Shown here: positions 12,196 through 24,810 of the stretch, one piece after another | Layout of the letters: the number at the start of each line of letters is the position of its first letter | How positions within the stretch are numbered: the stretch's first letter is position 1 | Source: Selaginella moellendorffii | Taxonomy: Eukaryota; Plantae; Lycopodiophyta | Assembly (NCBI RefSeq): GCF_000143415.4 | Contig: NW_003314312.1 | Location: forward strand, 611,510 to 675,509 | Direction: 5' to 3' | DNA: 64,000 nucleotides | The notes under the pieces: model-generated | Databases searched by the model: none | Told to the model about the DNA's origin: nothing | What the model saw: only the letters and a program-made list of their open reading frames with translations | Program-made: the position numbers and the translations under genes

Positions 12196-15100
12196 AGTTG
12201 TGGGGGCTTAAAAATATATAATATGGATAGTGGGTAGGTCGAGCATGGTTGACCAACTTGAGGCATAATCTAGCTTTTGATTGTATGTCTGTCTTTGTTT
12301 TGCATTTGGCTTGGGTGTAAGCCTAAGTTCCACACTATGCTAATTAGTGGAGTACCCATATCCTTGCATTAAGCCACCAATATGCTAAAATAATGCCAAA
12401 CTCTATTTAGCTTTGTTTTGCATGTTGATTCTAGTATTGGATGTTAGATGCTCTAGAACTGTTCCAAGTCGCTTTGTACTTTTGTCCTTTTGCTCCTTGG
12501 GCTAAACACTTAAAAGGCACTCCGTGCTTCAATTCTTTCATTATTTGATTCCAAGCTTAAGAGTTTAACTCCATACCTTCATTCAGGGGCCCAAGGCCTT
12601 GAAACTTGAGTTCCACTCTGCTATCCTTGGGACACATGGTATATAGAGGGTTTAGGTTCTACTTTGTGGTTATCTTATGGTAAATCACTATCAAATAAAG
12701 GGTGAAAACCACGTGCACTACATTTGGTATTAAAGGGAGGTTTTTAGTGAGTACTATTTAATGAGATTGGGCAACTAGTTTTATTGTATACGTAGAGATG
12801 AAAATGATAATCTGAGTGAGTATATATTTGAGTGCTATAACCTTGCAATCATTCCTTAGGTATGGATTTTGGTTATCTTTTGTGCTAGATTATATGAGCT
12901 TTCACTTGGGCTCATAGAATGGATGTTGGATGTTCCGTTTATACGAGTTTGAACTTGGGCTTATAAGTGAGGCACATTAGCAATTCAAGGTTACATTTTG
13001 AGTTGGCAGAATTAATGTTAGCCTATCGGTGGTTACTATAAGTTGTTCCATGTACCATGGGTAAAAAGTAAACCATTCCTAAGTTTGTTAAGAGCGGCAA
13101 ATAGGCTAGTCTGTATCTGTTTAGCACGACACTAGTGGATTCTTCTTAGGCATAATTATAAGTGAATCAATTAAGATTGTAGGGATTAGTCTATTGGTTC
13201 AAGTAGTCATTGCCATGCTCTTTCATAAACTTTTCATTTGTTATAACTTGTTAGTTTATCTATTATTATTTGGAGTAGATTGTTAGATGGAGAAGGTCTG
13301 TAGTTGAGGCATTGACATTGTTAACATTTGTGTTAGTGAAAGTGACATTATTATTTCGAGTGATCAGGAATTTTCTTTAGACCTTGATTTTTCATATCAT
13401 TTTTTTTGTTAGTGTTTTAGTTTCATATTGGATCTTGAAGGTGATTAAAGAAGAGTGTTAGTGTAATATAAATATTTAAAAATATGGCTTTTATGATCAA
13501 GTTTTGGGTATTCATTTGCATTATATAAATATTGATATTGGATTTCAGAAATTTGGGAATGATATTCAATGTTTATGCATATTGTTGGGTCTTAAGAATT
13601 AGTGTTGAAGTGAACTTATGTGAAGTTAGAGGTAGGAGGAAGTTTGTTAAGTTTTGAGAATTTGTATTCTTAGACTGAGTGTCATTCTTTCTTTGGGATG
13701 GAAAATTTTTCACAAATTTTCATAAGCTTTTCCAATGGTTAATCTATTGATCATTTTGCCAAAAATCATTCTGTTTTCGTAAGCCAATATCAACTAGTGG
13801 AGTTGATTTTGATTAGCTTAAACCTTAGTATATAATTTGTATGATGTTAATACCCATATTATAACTTTTTCTATCATACTAATATGAGTCAATTTCATGG
13901 TTTTCACTTTAGTTTTGGCTGAATGTTAATCATGCATAGCTAGCCTCTTTAAGGTATACTTAGAGCTGTTGGCTAAACATATAAGTGAGCTTATTGTGGT
14001 TGAATTGGATTCGAGTGGTTATTTAGTTTATATTTGTCCATGAATCTTTATTTGGTACTTGGAGTGTTACCTTCCGTTAAACAAGTATATAACTCAATGA
14101 CATGAGTTTAGTGTTTGAGTTTTATGAAGGTAAGTTGAAGAGTGATTATTGGTTGCTTTGCAGCTAGTGATTGCTTATAAACTTTTTCAAGGACTATTAA
14201 CATTTGCTTCATTCAATAATGATTTAATAGTGATAGCCTTGCTTTCCCATATGGCATTACAGAAGATCGTGTCATGGGTTTATATGGATTTTCCATGTTA
14301 GCATGTTGATTCCATCTCTAACAATATCATTTAAGTATATTTAGTCCATGGTGGTGGATTTTGTTAAGTCTTGGATGTAGTGATTCACTCCTTAATGATG
14401 TGTTATTTGTAACTAAGTGCTGTTAAAGGATTGGTCTTGGATACTGACTAAGGTATCTTTGACTTTGGTTAGTTTAGTTATTATAGAGCTTTAAGTGGTG
14501 ATTCACTTTTGCTTTCTTCTAATTTTGTTCTAGTGTTAATGGCATTAAAGTGATGTCTTGTCATTGACATTGTTGATGTTAAGATTCAATTGAAATTATA
14601 TTTCTCTTTGAAGGATTGATATTAAGTTTCATTAGTCTCAATGAAGATAGTGTTGATGATTTAGCTATAGCTTCATGGTATTGGCATTTGTACATTTCCT
14701 AGTTAGCAATTATATTGATGTTTGAATGAATTGAGTAATAAGTTTAAGTTAGTTATGTTCTAGATGAGATTGTTTAGTAGGGGTTGATCTTTGGATTTTC
14801 CTTGAAAAATAATTTAGTCATGAACTATACTAACTTTACAAAAAGAAGAGTTAGTGATCGATATTGAAGATGTATCAATCACCAATGATTCTTTTTATAC
14901 TTGTTATAAAGTGAGTTACGTCTTGTTATAAAAAATGAATTCATAAAGGATTATTTAATGATCACTTATTGTGCTTGGTTTTTGGATTGATACAAATATA
15001 CTCTTCATTAGCTTTGGCATTATAAAATTTGGCTTTTTGATGTGTTGAGGAGGATTTTATACATTGTACCATGATTTCTTCTTTGACATTAAAGTTAGTT

Positions 15101-16333
15101 TATGCAAAACTCATAATCATTATTAAGCGATATTTGCTACTTTGAGCTTTTAGTTCTTTGAGTTTTATACTCATTGTTCCATTTGTTAGGAGTTGTTCGG
15201 GAAGACATTTTGGCTCATTAACTTCAATATTGATATTATTTCTTTTGGGCGATACATTTGCGAGCATTTTGCTTGTTAGTCGATAATACTTTATGTTCTT
15301 TGAGTTATCTTACGTAAGTTGTTTATTATGCTATCTGAAATTTTTGATGGTTAAGTTTTATCATTGAGTTTCCTTAATGATATCTTTGCTATTGAATTTT
15401 GTTGGATGGTGAATCTTATGTTTTCCAATTATGATAATCTTGGTGGTTTCTATACTATAATATTGGTTTATCAGATGATAACTTACTTAGAATACTTTTA
15501 TGTTCTAATCTAAGATCTATTCACTGATAATTAAGTCCCTTAGATATCATTGTCTCTACACACCTCGGGGCACTGCTTGCCTGAGTTGCCCACCCACGCG
15601 TAGGGGAGCATGTAGCCGACGATGGAGGGGAAGACTTTGATATTGTCCATATATTGATCTTTGAGTTTGGGCTAGTATAGGTAGACTGGCTTTGGCATTT
15701 TGTGTGCATGATGAAATCTTTAGTCATAGGTAGCTACTATCGATTGGTCACATCACCCGCCTCTTTCTCGATGTTCTTTATTTTATTTAAGTAGGCATGA
15801 CCATGTAAACAACTCTAATTGCCTATTTATAATAATCTATTTAAACCTTACGAATAAGTATAGTTTCTTTACTCAAGAGGGTTGGGGCCTCTAACTTCTC
15901 TTTTTATATCTCTACTAGCAGAGGCATATCACACTTTTGTAAGTTAGGTGGCACACAGAGTAGCAAGGGTGGCTAACTTTGTTGGTCATTTCCTTGTCAA
16001 TGACAGCTGGAAGGTGTTTAAGTTGGTAGCATATTTGTGTTAGACAGATAAGTTACCTTAACTCATTTAAGTTGATGCATTTTTCACATAGTGTGAACAT
16101 CGTGAACTTTTTCTAGAGTTATTTCCTTGGCAGTGCTCTAGATTGGAGCATGCATTGACAAGGATATTGATTTTCTCTAAGGGGGGGAGAGTATTGTGAA
16201 TGTGATTGTGAGTATCGAAAGTTACTTGTTGGTTGTCATGTGCCATGAGGCATATAGAGGGTTTAGGTTATGCTTCATAGTTATCCTATAGTAAATCATT
16301 ATAGAATAAAGGGTGAAAACCACATGCACTACA
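12196..16333 (+). mobile_element. Family B degenerate LTR retroelement (5' LTR ~12196-12722, PBS 12725-12735, PPT ~16178-16192, partial 3' LTR; TSD ACAAC); possibly Copia-derived
   Basis: LTR end aaagggtgaaaaccacRtgcactaca at 12722 and 16333; tggtattaaag PBS; aagggggggagagta PPT; ACAAC at 12191-12195 and 16334-16338; coding capacity decayed. Confidence 0.65.
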
Positions 16334-18562
16334 ACAACAAAGTATGACAAATGATAAGTGCTTCCATTCTAAATTTCGATGTATATCTATTGAGACTCAA
16401 ACCAACCTATGGTAAATCCCTCTAGACAAGTCTTTGTTCTCTTTTACCAAATAAACACTGCTAGCAGTGTTGTCCTTGAGATTGATTATCTCATAGAATG
16501 CTTTGTGGCAAATGGATTCCTCTGATATGCACTTACACAACTTATCCTCTGTGGTCTTAACTAGATTATATTAACTGGCCCATTGACACCAGTGCATACA
16601 ATGCTTGACATTCTCTTTGATCTATGGAGAGAGCTGATTAATTGTCCAGCATAAGTTGAGGACTTGGCAAACTTGCACTAGAAGGAGAGACATTTTTATA
16701 TATCATTCCATAAATGTGTAATCTATATATGAAAATATCAAATGCTATACCCAATCAAGAAATTTACCATCTTTGTCACCTATGCACATAAGACAAAGAA
16801 CTAGGGCACCAACCACACTAGTCAACACATAGCAGCTAAGTTGACTATTTTGCCACTTTTGTAATTCTTGCAAAACAAGACTTTGATAGAACAAAAATGT
16901 TCTTTAAAAACATGGAGCAATCATGACATTACATTTGGGACAAAATATTGTTTTAAGCCTTGATCATTGCTACATGTGTGTCAAAGATAATCAAATAAGA
17001 TGGGAAAATGAGATACATGATGTGATATGATCTCATTTGACATGGCAGAAATAAAAGTCTTGCACTTTGGATTCCTAAAATATCCTACACTTGAAAGAAT
17101 CGTTGTATGGCTCAGCAAACCTAATAGCAAGCTATAGGCTATTTGTCTTCATGGCAGCAAGTGTGATAGGTATGAAGCAATGGGACAAACCTTAAAACTA
17201 GAGAGGGTTTCTCACCATTCTCCACTGCTGACACATTCATCAAGAGTGCATCCACAAGCAGAGCAAAGCAGGGCAGCAGCAAGGCTATGTTCTCACTCAG
17301 CCCCACACTTTTGCCAAGATCAATAGCTGCTTCATTGCGCATTGCAAGAATGAGCAGCCCACACAAAGCATAGTTCTGGGTCTTGTCCAAAACAAGCTAT
17401 TGCCCAATACGAATGTTATGAGGAGTCTCTCCACCGCATTCCTGGCTGTGCACAAATGGCTAGTGATGATTAGTTTGTGCTCCTGGTTCTGATTTACCCC
17501 CTGCCCATAGGAGGATCTTACAGCAAAAAAACTGATACCCACAACAGAGACACATGGGGCTAGCACTGAATCTGCACAAGTAACTCTTATGGTATCAACT
17601 GTTCGAGTGTCTAACTTCCCCATAGAAAAAAAAAAACAGGGTGACAGCGACTGGACTGGACAACAAGATTCATGAAGTGACAGAAAGTGATCAGGTTGAG
17701 AACCTTCTTTGGAAGTCACTTCTGATGTGCAGCTTGGATATGTACCTTGAGTACATTAGCTAGTGAACATCAGTAGTGCAAGTCTCATTTTCATTTTAAA
17801 GTCTAGCTTTTTTCAGAAAAATGATTGGGCTAGCTGATATTTCATTACTAATCCTCATCTTCCACGATACAGGTAGCCCCTGGATGATCCTATGCCTCAG
17901 ATGAATAAAACTGGAAATGACCTAATCAATCTACTTAACCAAACTTACTTTCATCAATTTCTACAATTCTTCCTGGACCACTAATTTATTTACTACCTCA
18001 TTATAATGTGATAACATAAATATCACAACAAAAGCTGTACAAATTCATTTTTGTGTGCTCACTTTTAATACTACACTCAATACAAGTTTGATCTTGTGGT
18101 AGAGATTTTTGGTATTGCAATTTTTACAATTCCATTTAAACTATCTTTATAACCTTGATTATCAGATTGATATCTCATTGGTTCATTTTGAGAATAATTT
18201 ACATATTCCATTCTAGCCAAAAAACCTAAACCAAGTTTACACTGGCTAATTAAAATTTAACATTTAAGCATTTAGGGCACCATGACTTACAAGAAGCATA
18301 GAGCTTACTCAATAGATGCCTCTGGAGCCAACCATTGTGAGAAAAGACAGTGATTATCATAGTCTATGCATCCTCTCTCAAGCTTGATCCAAATCCCTCT
18401 CCTGCACGATGCTGGTCATGAGAGCTGTCCATGAGACAATGTGTAAGCAACCAAAGGGAACGACTTGAGAGACGATCCATGAGGTCCAAATATAGAGGGA
18501 AAGGGCCCATGAATAAGAGTGCACCCCCTTTTCTAATTGGTTAAGGGTCTTGGGATATTTAG

Positions 18563-18618
18563 AGTTAAGCGTCCTTGGGTTTGAATAGTACTGGGTTGGG
18601 TGACCTCCCGGGAAGTCC
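18563..18618 (+). ncRNA. 5S rRNA-derived segment (Pol III A/C boxes) in Cassandra 5' LTR
   Basis: agttaagcgtccttggg...agtactgggttgggtgacctcccgggaagtcc matches the plant 5S internal control region. Confidence 0.85.
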
Positions 18619-21600
18619 AAACTCAGGAGCTTACATTTGGTATCAAAGAGGTCTCAGGTCTGTGTGATTGTGTGAGACACAAAATCCCTAGGCCCCAAAG
18701 TGGAGCCGAAAGGGCGCCACATGGTAGTGGCCGAAGCGAGAGCCAAACGAGCGTAACACGTTTGGACCAAAAGCTCCGACTTGAAAAGTCAAGAGCGGGA
18801 GTGGAACTCCCAACGAAGTGCTCGAGGAACGAGCACGAAGCGAGCAAAAGGCAAGGCTCCAAAAAGGGACCCAAAAGGACCAACACATGACACGTGGGAG
18901 TGTCCGAGATGGACTCGAGATGGAGTCCGAGATGGAGTCCGAGATGGAGTCCAAAGTGGAGTCCAAAGTGGAGTCCGAGATGGACCCGAGTTGGAGTCCA
19001 AAGTGGAGTCCGAGATGGACCCGAGATGGAGTCCGAGATGGAGTCCGAGGTGGACCCGAGATGGACCCGAAATGGATTCTGAGATGGAGTCCGAGATGGA
19101 GTCGAGATGGAGTCCGAGATGGAGTCCGAGATGGAGTCCGAGATGGAGTCCGAAGTCGAGACCGAGTCCGAGTCCGAGGCCGAGACCGAGTCCGAGACCG
19201 AGTCCGAGTCCGAGTCCGAGTCTGGAGCCTGAGAGGGTGAAAGCCCAAAGCGTTCGTCTCCCAGACCCTGGGGGGTTTGGTGAGCTCCAAAAGTATAGTA
19301 GGGGGAGGACTGCAGTGGAGCTAGTTTGGCCAGGAAAGGCCAGTTTGGCCCAGGAAGGCCAGACCCAGTGTTGGGTGATGAACTGACCACTGGGAAGTCC
19401 AAGACTAGAGTGAATACGGACCGACAAGCGGGGTAGCTTGGTGAAGTGTTCAAGAGCCGGCTCTAGTTCCCCCGGGAGATCGACTGGCCGATGCTCCCAG
19501 TCCAAGTGTGGGTGGCACTACCTACTTGGATACCAAGCGTGGCTCAATGGAACCTCGCTCTAAGCCCATGGCTAGAGCACCTAAAGGCGATAGGTGGGGA
19601 GAGTACCCAGGTGGCTCGCGTAAGGCCACGGNNNNNNNNNNNNNNNNNNNNNNNNNNNNNNNNNNNNNNNNNNNNNNNNNNNNNNNNNNNNNNNNNNNNN
19701 NNNNNNNNNNNNNNNNNNNNNNNNNNNNNNNNNNNNNNNNNNNNNNNNNNNNNNNNNNNNNNNNNNNNNNNNNNNNNNNNNNNNNNNNNNNNNNNNNNNN
19801 NNNNNNNNNNNNNNNNNNNNNNNNNNNNNNNNNNNNNNNNNNNNNNNNNNNNNNNNNNNNNNNNNNNNNNNNNNNNNNNNNNNNNNNNNNNNNNNNNNNN
19901 NNNNNNNNNNNNNNNNNNNNNNNNNNNNNNNNNNNNNNNNNNNNNNNNNNNNNNNNNNNNNNNNNNNNNNNNNNNNNNNNNNNNNNNNNNNNCATGGCCT
20001 TAGCGTAACGGGCTGCTATGTCGGTGGTACCTTTGAGTGTCGGTCATGGGATCGGACACGTGGAGCACTTGGACCAAGTGCAAATGTTGAGTGGCATGGA
20101 TGCCATTCTCGGGGCTAGCAAGTCCCAAGTCCTGGATTGGACTTATGGAGGTTGTGAATGAGACTCCTCCAAGTGGTCGGAGGTGTGGTTAAGTGACTAA
20201 AGTAGAATGGAAAATTTAGTCGCCTACAATTTGGTATCGGAGCTGTTCCTTAGTCCGACTTTTATTGGTGCTCAAGTATATCACCACTAGTGTTGGCATC
20301 GAAAGGTCCGAGGAGTGGGCCTATCCTTGAGGAGTAGCAAGTCGGGAAGACATGGCTCTCCATTACAGTTCATGTGTGAACTTGTAGACGAGGTGGTGGA
20401 TAGAAAAGGGTCAATAATGGAACGACTTTGGGATCTTGGGAACAGTATATGGTTTTCCTCAAAGAGTTGAGGATGTGATCCAGATGAGCGTTTGACTTAG
20501 CAAACTAGCTAATGTAGTTGTGGTAAACAATTACAGTTGGGATCACGGGAAAGATAAAGACTCCAAAGCAATAAAGGAGTCACAAGATTTTCCTCATATA
20601 GTTGAGGTTGGTGCTCATGAATGTGAGACCAGAAGTAATGACCGTAGGAGGTCAAATACGGAAGAGGACTCAAGTCCTTGAAAAGGTAGCCGAGGCTACC
20701 TCTAATAAATGCTGGAACAACCCCAGGAGTTGGGGGTGTATTAAGTGGATGAGTTGGTGTTCTCATCACATGGACAAGTAGTCCTAAGGGGCAAAGGTTG
20801 CCCCCAGAGAACAAAATCAAGTGTCGGAGTAACACTTGTGAAAATAGTCCTTTTGAGTAGGACAGGAATGCAAGAAGTGTATTCCAGTGAGCTAGTGCCT
20901 CACAAGTAGGACCTTACGGGTCTGTGGATTAACCAAGTCCAAAACTACTGGATGACTCAAGTAGAGTCAACGGATGGTCCTAAAAGGACTGATGGAAGCA
21001 TTTGGACTGAGGTGTGTTGTACCCCACAAAGGATGGGGGGGGATCATAGGATCCAAGGATGAGAACGGAGGGTATCTCATCGATGGCAAAATATGCCATG
21101 CTAAAGTTATGGGAAAGGTGTTCCCAGAAGAAAACAACTTTGACACAAAGTTGTGTGTGACCTCTATGGTGTAGTGCTAACGGATGGTTGGCATGAGAAA
21201 GAGCGGTGTTGGTCTTGGCAAAGACTTAAACACGAAGGGGAAGTGTCATAGAGGTAGGCTCGTGGAGCTGATGGTGTGGAGACACCAAATGTGCCAAGGT
21301 GTGATACCTTGAGGCTATGTTGGTGGGTTCATGAGAACCCCTTGCCAAAGGAATCCCAATTGGAATGGGAATGGCATAGCCTAAGCGGCAGAGCATGCAG
21401 TTGGAGTGCGGTGACCCAGATAATGATGGAGGTGTGCAAGCACCAAGCAATGAGTTGTAGGACTTGACAACCATGAGGCAACTAAGCAAGAGGTGCAAAA
21501 TAACTGGTTAAACGGGTAGAAGGTAGCTACCCAAAACTTCTAGTATAGGGAAGTCGGATATACCCTTACGGGGGATAAGTTGCTTATGTTGCGATATAGT

Positions 21601-22020
21601 AAGTCAATGTCATAAAAGGAAATACTCATTGTCAAGAAAGCCATCATTGGGACACCCGAACACTCTAGAACACCAGAAGGTGGTGTTTGATGTCGCGAGG
21701 GCAATGGATAAAGCCCAAGGGACTAAGTCCCTAGCGAATGATGGATAGAAGGTGCTATCCAAATATCCAAGGTTGCGGAGACAGGAGAGGACTGTCTGCC
21801 CGAGTTGGACAAAGCCAAAAATGGAATTTTGGCAAGGCTAGTGATGAGCATGTAAAGGCCCATAAGCAACAATGTAATCCCAGTGTGTTGGATTATAAGG
21901 TGAGCATACCCGGATTGAGGAACCACTCCCTAGGCTATTGGGTAGGTTCATCCCTAAGAATACTTGCTAATGCATGATAGAAAGTGCAAAGCTATCCTCC
22001 TGGTCTGGAGGAGAATGACC

Positions 22021-22596
22021 AAAGGAAGAGGAGCAGTCCTCTGGGGTAGTGACCAAGGACACAGTCATGTGGTGAGGAAGTCCCAGAGGACCGTGGGACT
22101 TAGGGGTCAGGCCTGTGGGCCTCGATCCAGTGGCAGTGTTGGCAAACACGGCCAGGGGCAGAAAGGGACTTGGTAGGAACTGACAAAGGGACTTTGGGGA
22201 AGGCAATTCCCCAGGTCTGTGGGCATCCTAAGGATGCTAAGGAGTGGATCTAGGATGACCCCTCGTGGACACATGGCCCAGTCTTGGAGAGACGAGGTGG
22301 TGATGCAAGTGGTGTTGAACCACTAGTGCAGCAAAGGTGAATGGGCATGGCCTTAGCGTAACGGGCCGAGATGTCAGTGGTACCTTTGGGTGTCGGTCTC
22401 AGGACCGGACACGTGGAGCACTTGGACCAGGTGCAAGTGTGGAGTGGCATGGATGCCATTCTTGGGGCTAGCAAGTCCCAAGTCCTGAATTGGATTGATG
22501 GAGGTTGTGAATGAGACTCCTCCAAGTGGTCAGAGGTGTGGTTAAGTGACTAAAGTGGAATGGAAAATTTAGTCGCTTACAATTTGGTATCGGAGC
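22021..22596 (+). repeat. Internal extra copy of the 3' third of the family-A LTR plus PBS
   Basis: Matches 26151-26711 and is followed by atttggtatcggagc; absent at the equivalent site (~38145-38190) of the other full copy. Confidence 0.88.
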
Positions 22597-24680
22597 GAAC
22601 CGAACCATAGGAATCAAAGGGCATAACCAAGGTTGGTTATGCCAGCTGGGAGTGGAGAATCAAGAGGGTGCTCGAGGATGTTGTTGCTAGCAACCGTGAT
22701 GCCATAGAGAGTCTAAAATATGGAATTGTCCATGTTAGACTATATGGCAACTATAAAGCTTGCGAAAGGGGAAGCCTTAGCAAGTTGAGGGACAGAGTTC
22801 CTTCAAGGTTCCCAAAGACGATTCTAGGTAGCGTAGTACCTAGAAAGGCCAAGTGTAAATGGTTCATGGAACGCGCGAAATCAGAGTGGCGCAGCAGAAG
22901 CGTGGTCTTGAAGCTTGCCATGAGGCAAGGTTATCAAGGTTAGGGAAGTAGTTCCCGAGTGTTCAAAGAGAGGGCTTTGAACGAAAGTCGATGGTCAAGG
23001 ACTTTCACACTTATGCAGGAACCATGTTACAATGGTCGGAGAACTTGCCAAGTGAGATTGGCACGTCGGGGGAACAAAGACCCTAGTTGAAGGTGATAAC
23101 TTCAAAAAGGGTGGGCCATGGGGCCGAGCATGGAGGAGTCCATGCATGATCACAGACATGTCAAGTGAGAGGACTTGGCAGTGTGGAGGAACTAGGTTCC
23201 TAAGCTGTGATTTGTAGCGCGCTTTAAAAATAAGTTGATGCACCGGCGTGGGGAGTCACGCCAGACATCTTGTGTGATGCCATCCGTAGATGCATATACG
23301 GAGGTTGGGTTCGAGTCCCGACCCTCTAGTGCTTGGGTTCGAGTCCCAAATCACTAGGGCATGGTGATGGTTTGGAATATGAGGACACTCATATTTCGGT
23401 GGTCATGGACTCTCAGTGGGGAGACTGGTTTGGGCACACCGCCAAGCGAGGGATGCCTTGGAGTCGTGATGCACGGTTAGATTGCTTAGTGTGAAAGCTC
23501 GGCATATCTAACTTGAACGCTTTGGTGCAAGTGGCACCAAGGTCGTGGTGAGTGAGATGGGGACACCTAATCTCAGTTGCTATGGACCCTTGGCCGTAAG
23601 GGCTAGCTTGGGTGCACCGCCAAGTGTGGGGGATGCCCTCGGGGTTATAGTCAACAACTTGGAGGTCTAGAAGACCAAGTGCCTCTTGGCAACTCTGTTA
23701 AGGTGCCAAGGTGAGATCGCTAGGTGATCTTATGGCCAGATAAGGACAAGGTCCTTGGTTGGCTAAGGAATGAAGTTCCTGGTTCAAAATGTTGAAATTG
23801 AACTGTTTAAGATGGTGTGGCTTGGTCGTGATGACCAAGTGGGAAGAGCACCTAAGGGAAATAAACTATGTCCGTCCGATGGCATAGTGAGTCCGAGGAA
23901 AGTAGTCTCTATAAAAGACCCATGGGAGGGTCACGAAGTTGGGCCATGGATAGAGCCCATAGCAGAAGATGCTAAAAAGACGTACTAGGGGTGAACATCC
24001 TCCGGAATTGGCAAAGAAGAGTCTTTGCTATGGAACCGAAAGGATACCTCAAAAATGGAGGTAGCGATCTGATGTTGCTGGGTGCAACAATCAAGGATAG
24101 GAGCAAAGGACTAGTGGCCAAGTTTGGGCCATGGAATTTAATGGAAGGGATCCAAATGGCAAAGTTAGTCAAGGAACACTAATGTGTTCGATGCTAACAG
24201 CTTGTGAGAAAGGAAGTGGACTTCCAAGGATGGATTCTTAAGTGCTCCAATTTGGCGAAGTAAAAGCTCCAAGTGAGGGAGCGGTAAGGTAGCCAAATGA
24301 TAGGGCCATGGACAGCCCTAGCACAAAGTATGATAAATGGAACTTAGTGCCCAAGGTGGCACGAAATAGAAGAGAGGATGAGGGTGCCCTCAAGTAATGA
24401 ACTTCCTAGGATGGGGAAGTGGAGTTGCACAATCTGTGCAATGCAAGGTGTTGGGGACACCTAGGAAATTGACTTCCAAAAGTCAAAAGAATAAAAGTTC
24501 CAAGGTGCAAACATTCAATAGATGGAAATTGAGACTACTCGAGAAGGAGTAGTGGGATTGACTTAGAGAAGGGTTTCTAAGAGATTTAGCGAGAACTAAA
24601 CCAATAAAAGGAGAGAACCACTACATGTGGTCCAATCAGTCTCTAAGTTGGAGAGACTACCCTCCTTAGAGGATAGGCAA

Positions 24681-24810
24681 GGCATGGTGAGCCTTTGGTG
24701 TCAAACCATGGAGGCATATGCAAAAGGCATGGTGAGCCTTCAATGTCAAACCATTGACGAATATGGAGAAGGCATGGTGAGCCTTCAATGTCAAACCATT
24801 GACAAATATT
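24681..24810 (+). repeat. 45-bp tandem repeat x3 (ggcatggtgagcctt...tgtcaaaccat) near the family-A 3' end
   Basis: Units start at 24681, 24726 and 24771; single copy in the other element (~36045-36077). Confidence 0.85.

Noticed and set aside
17139-17760. Short ORFs in a moderately GC-rich island
   Set aside because: No recognisable domain on either strand.
18563-18618. Functional 5S rRNA gene
   Set aside because: Only the central ~55 nt match, embedded in paired LTRs with PBS, PPT and TSD, so it is Cassandra.
19491-20008. ORFs spanning N runs (also 61433-62217)
   Set aside because: Assembly-gap artefacts.
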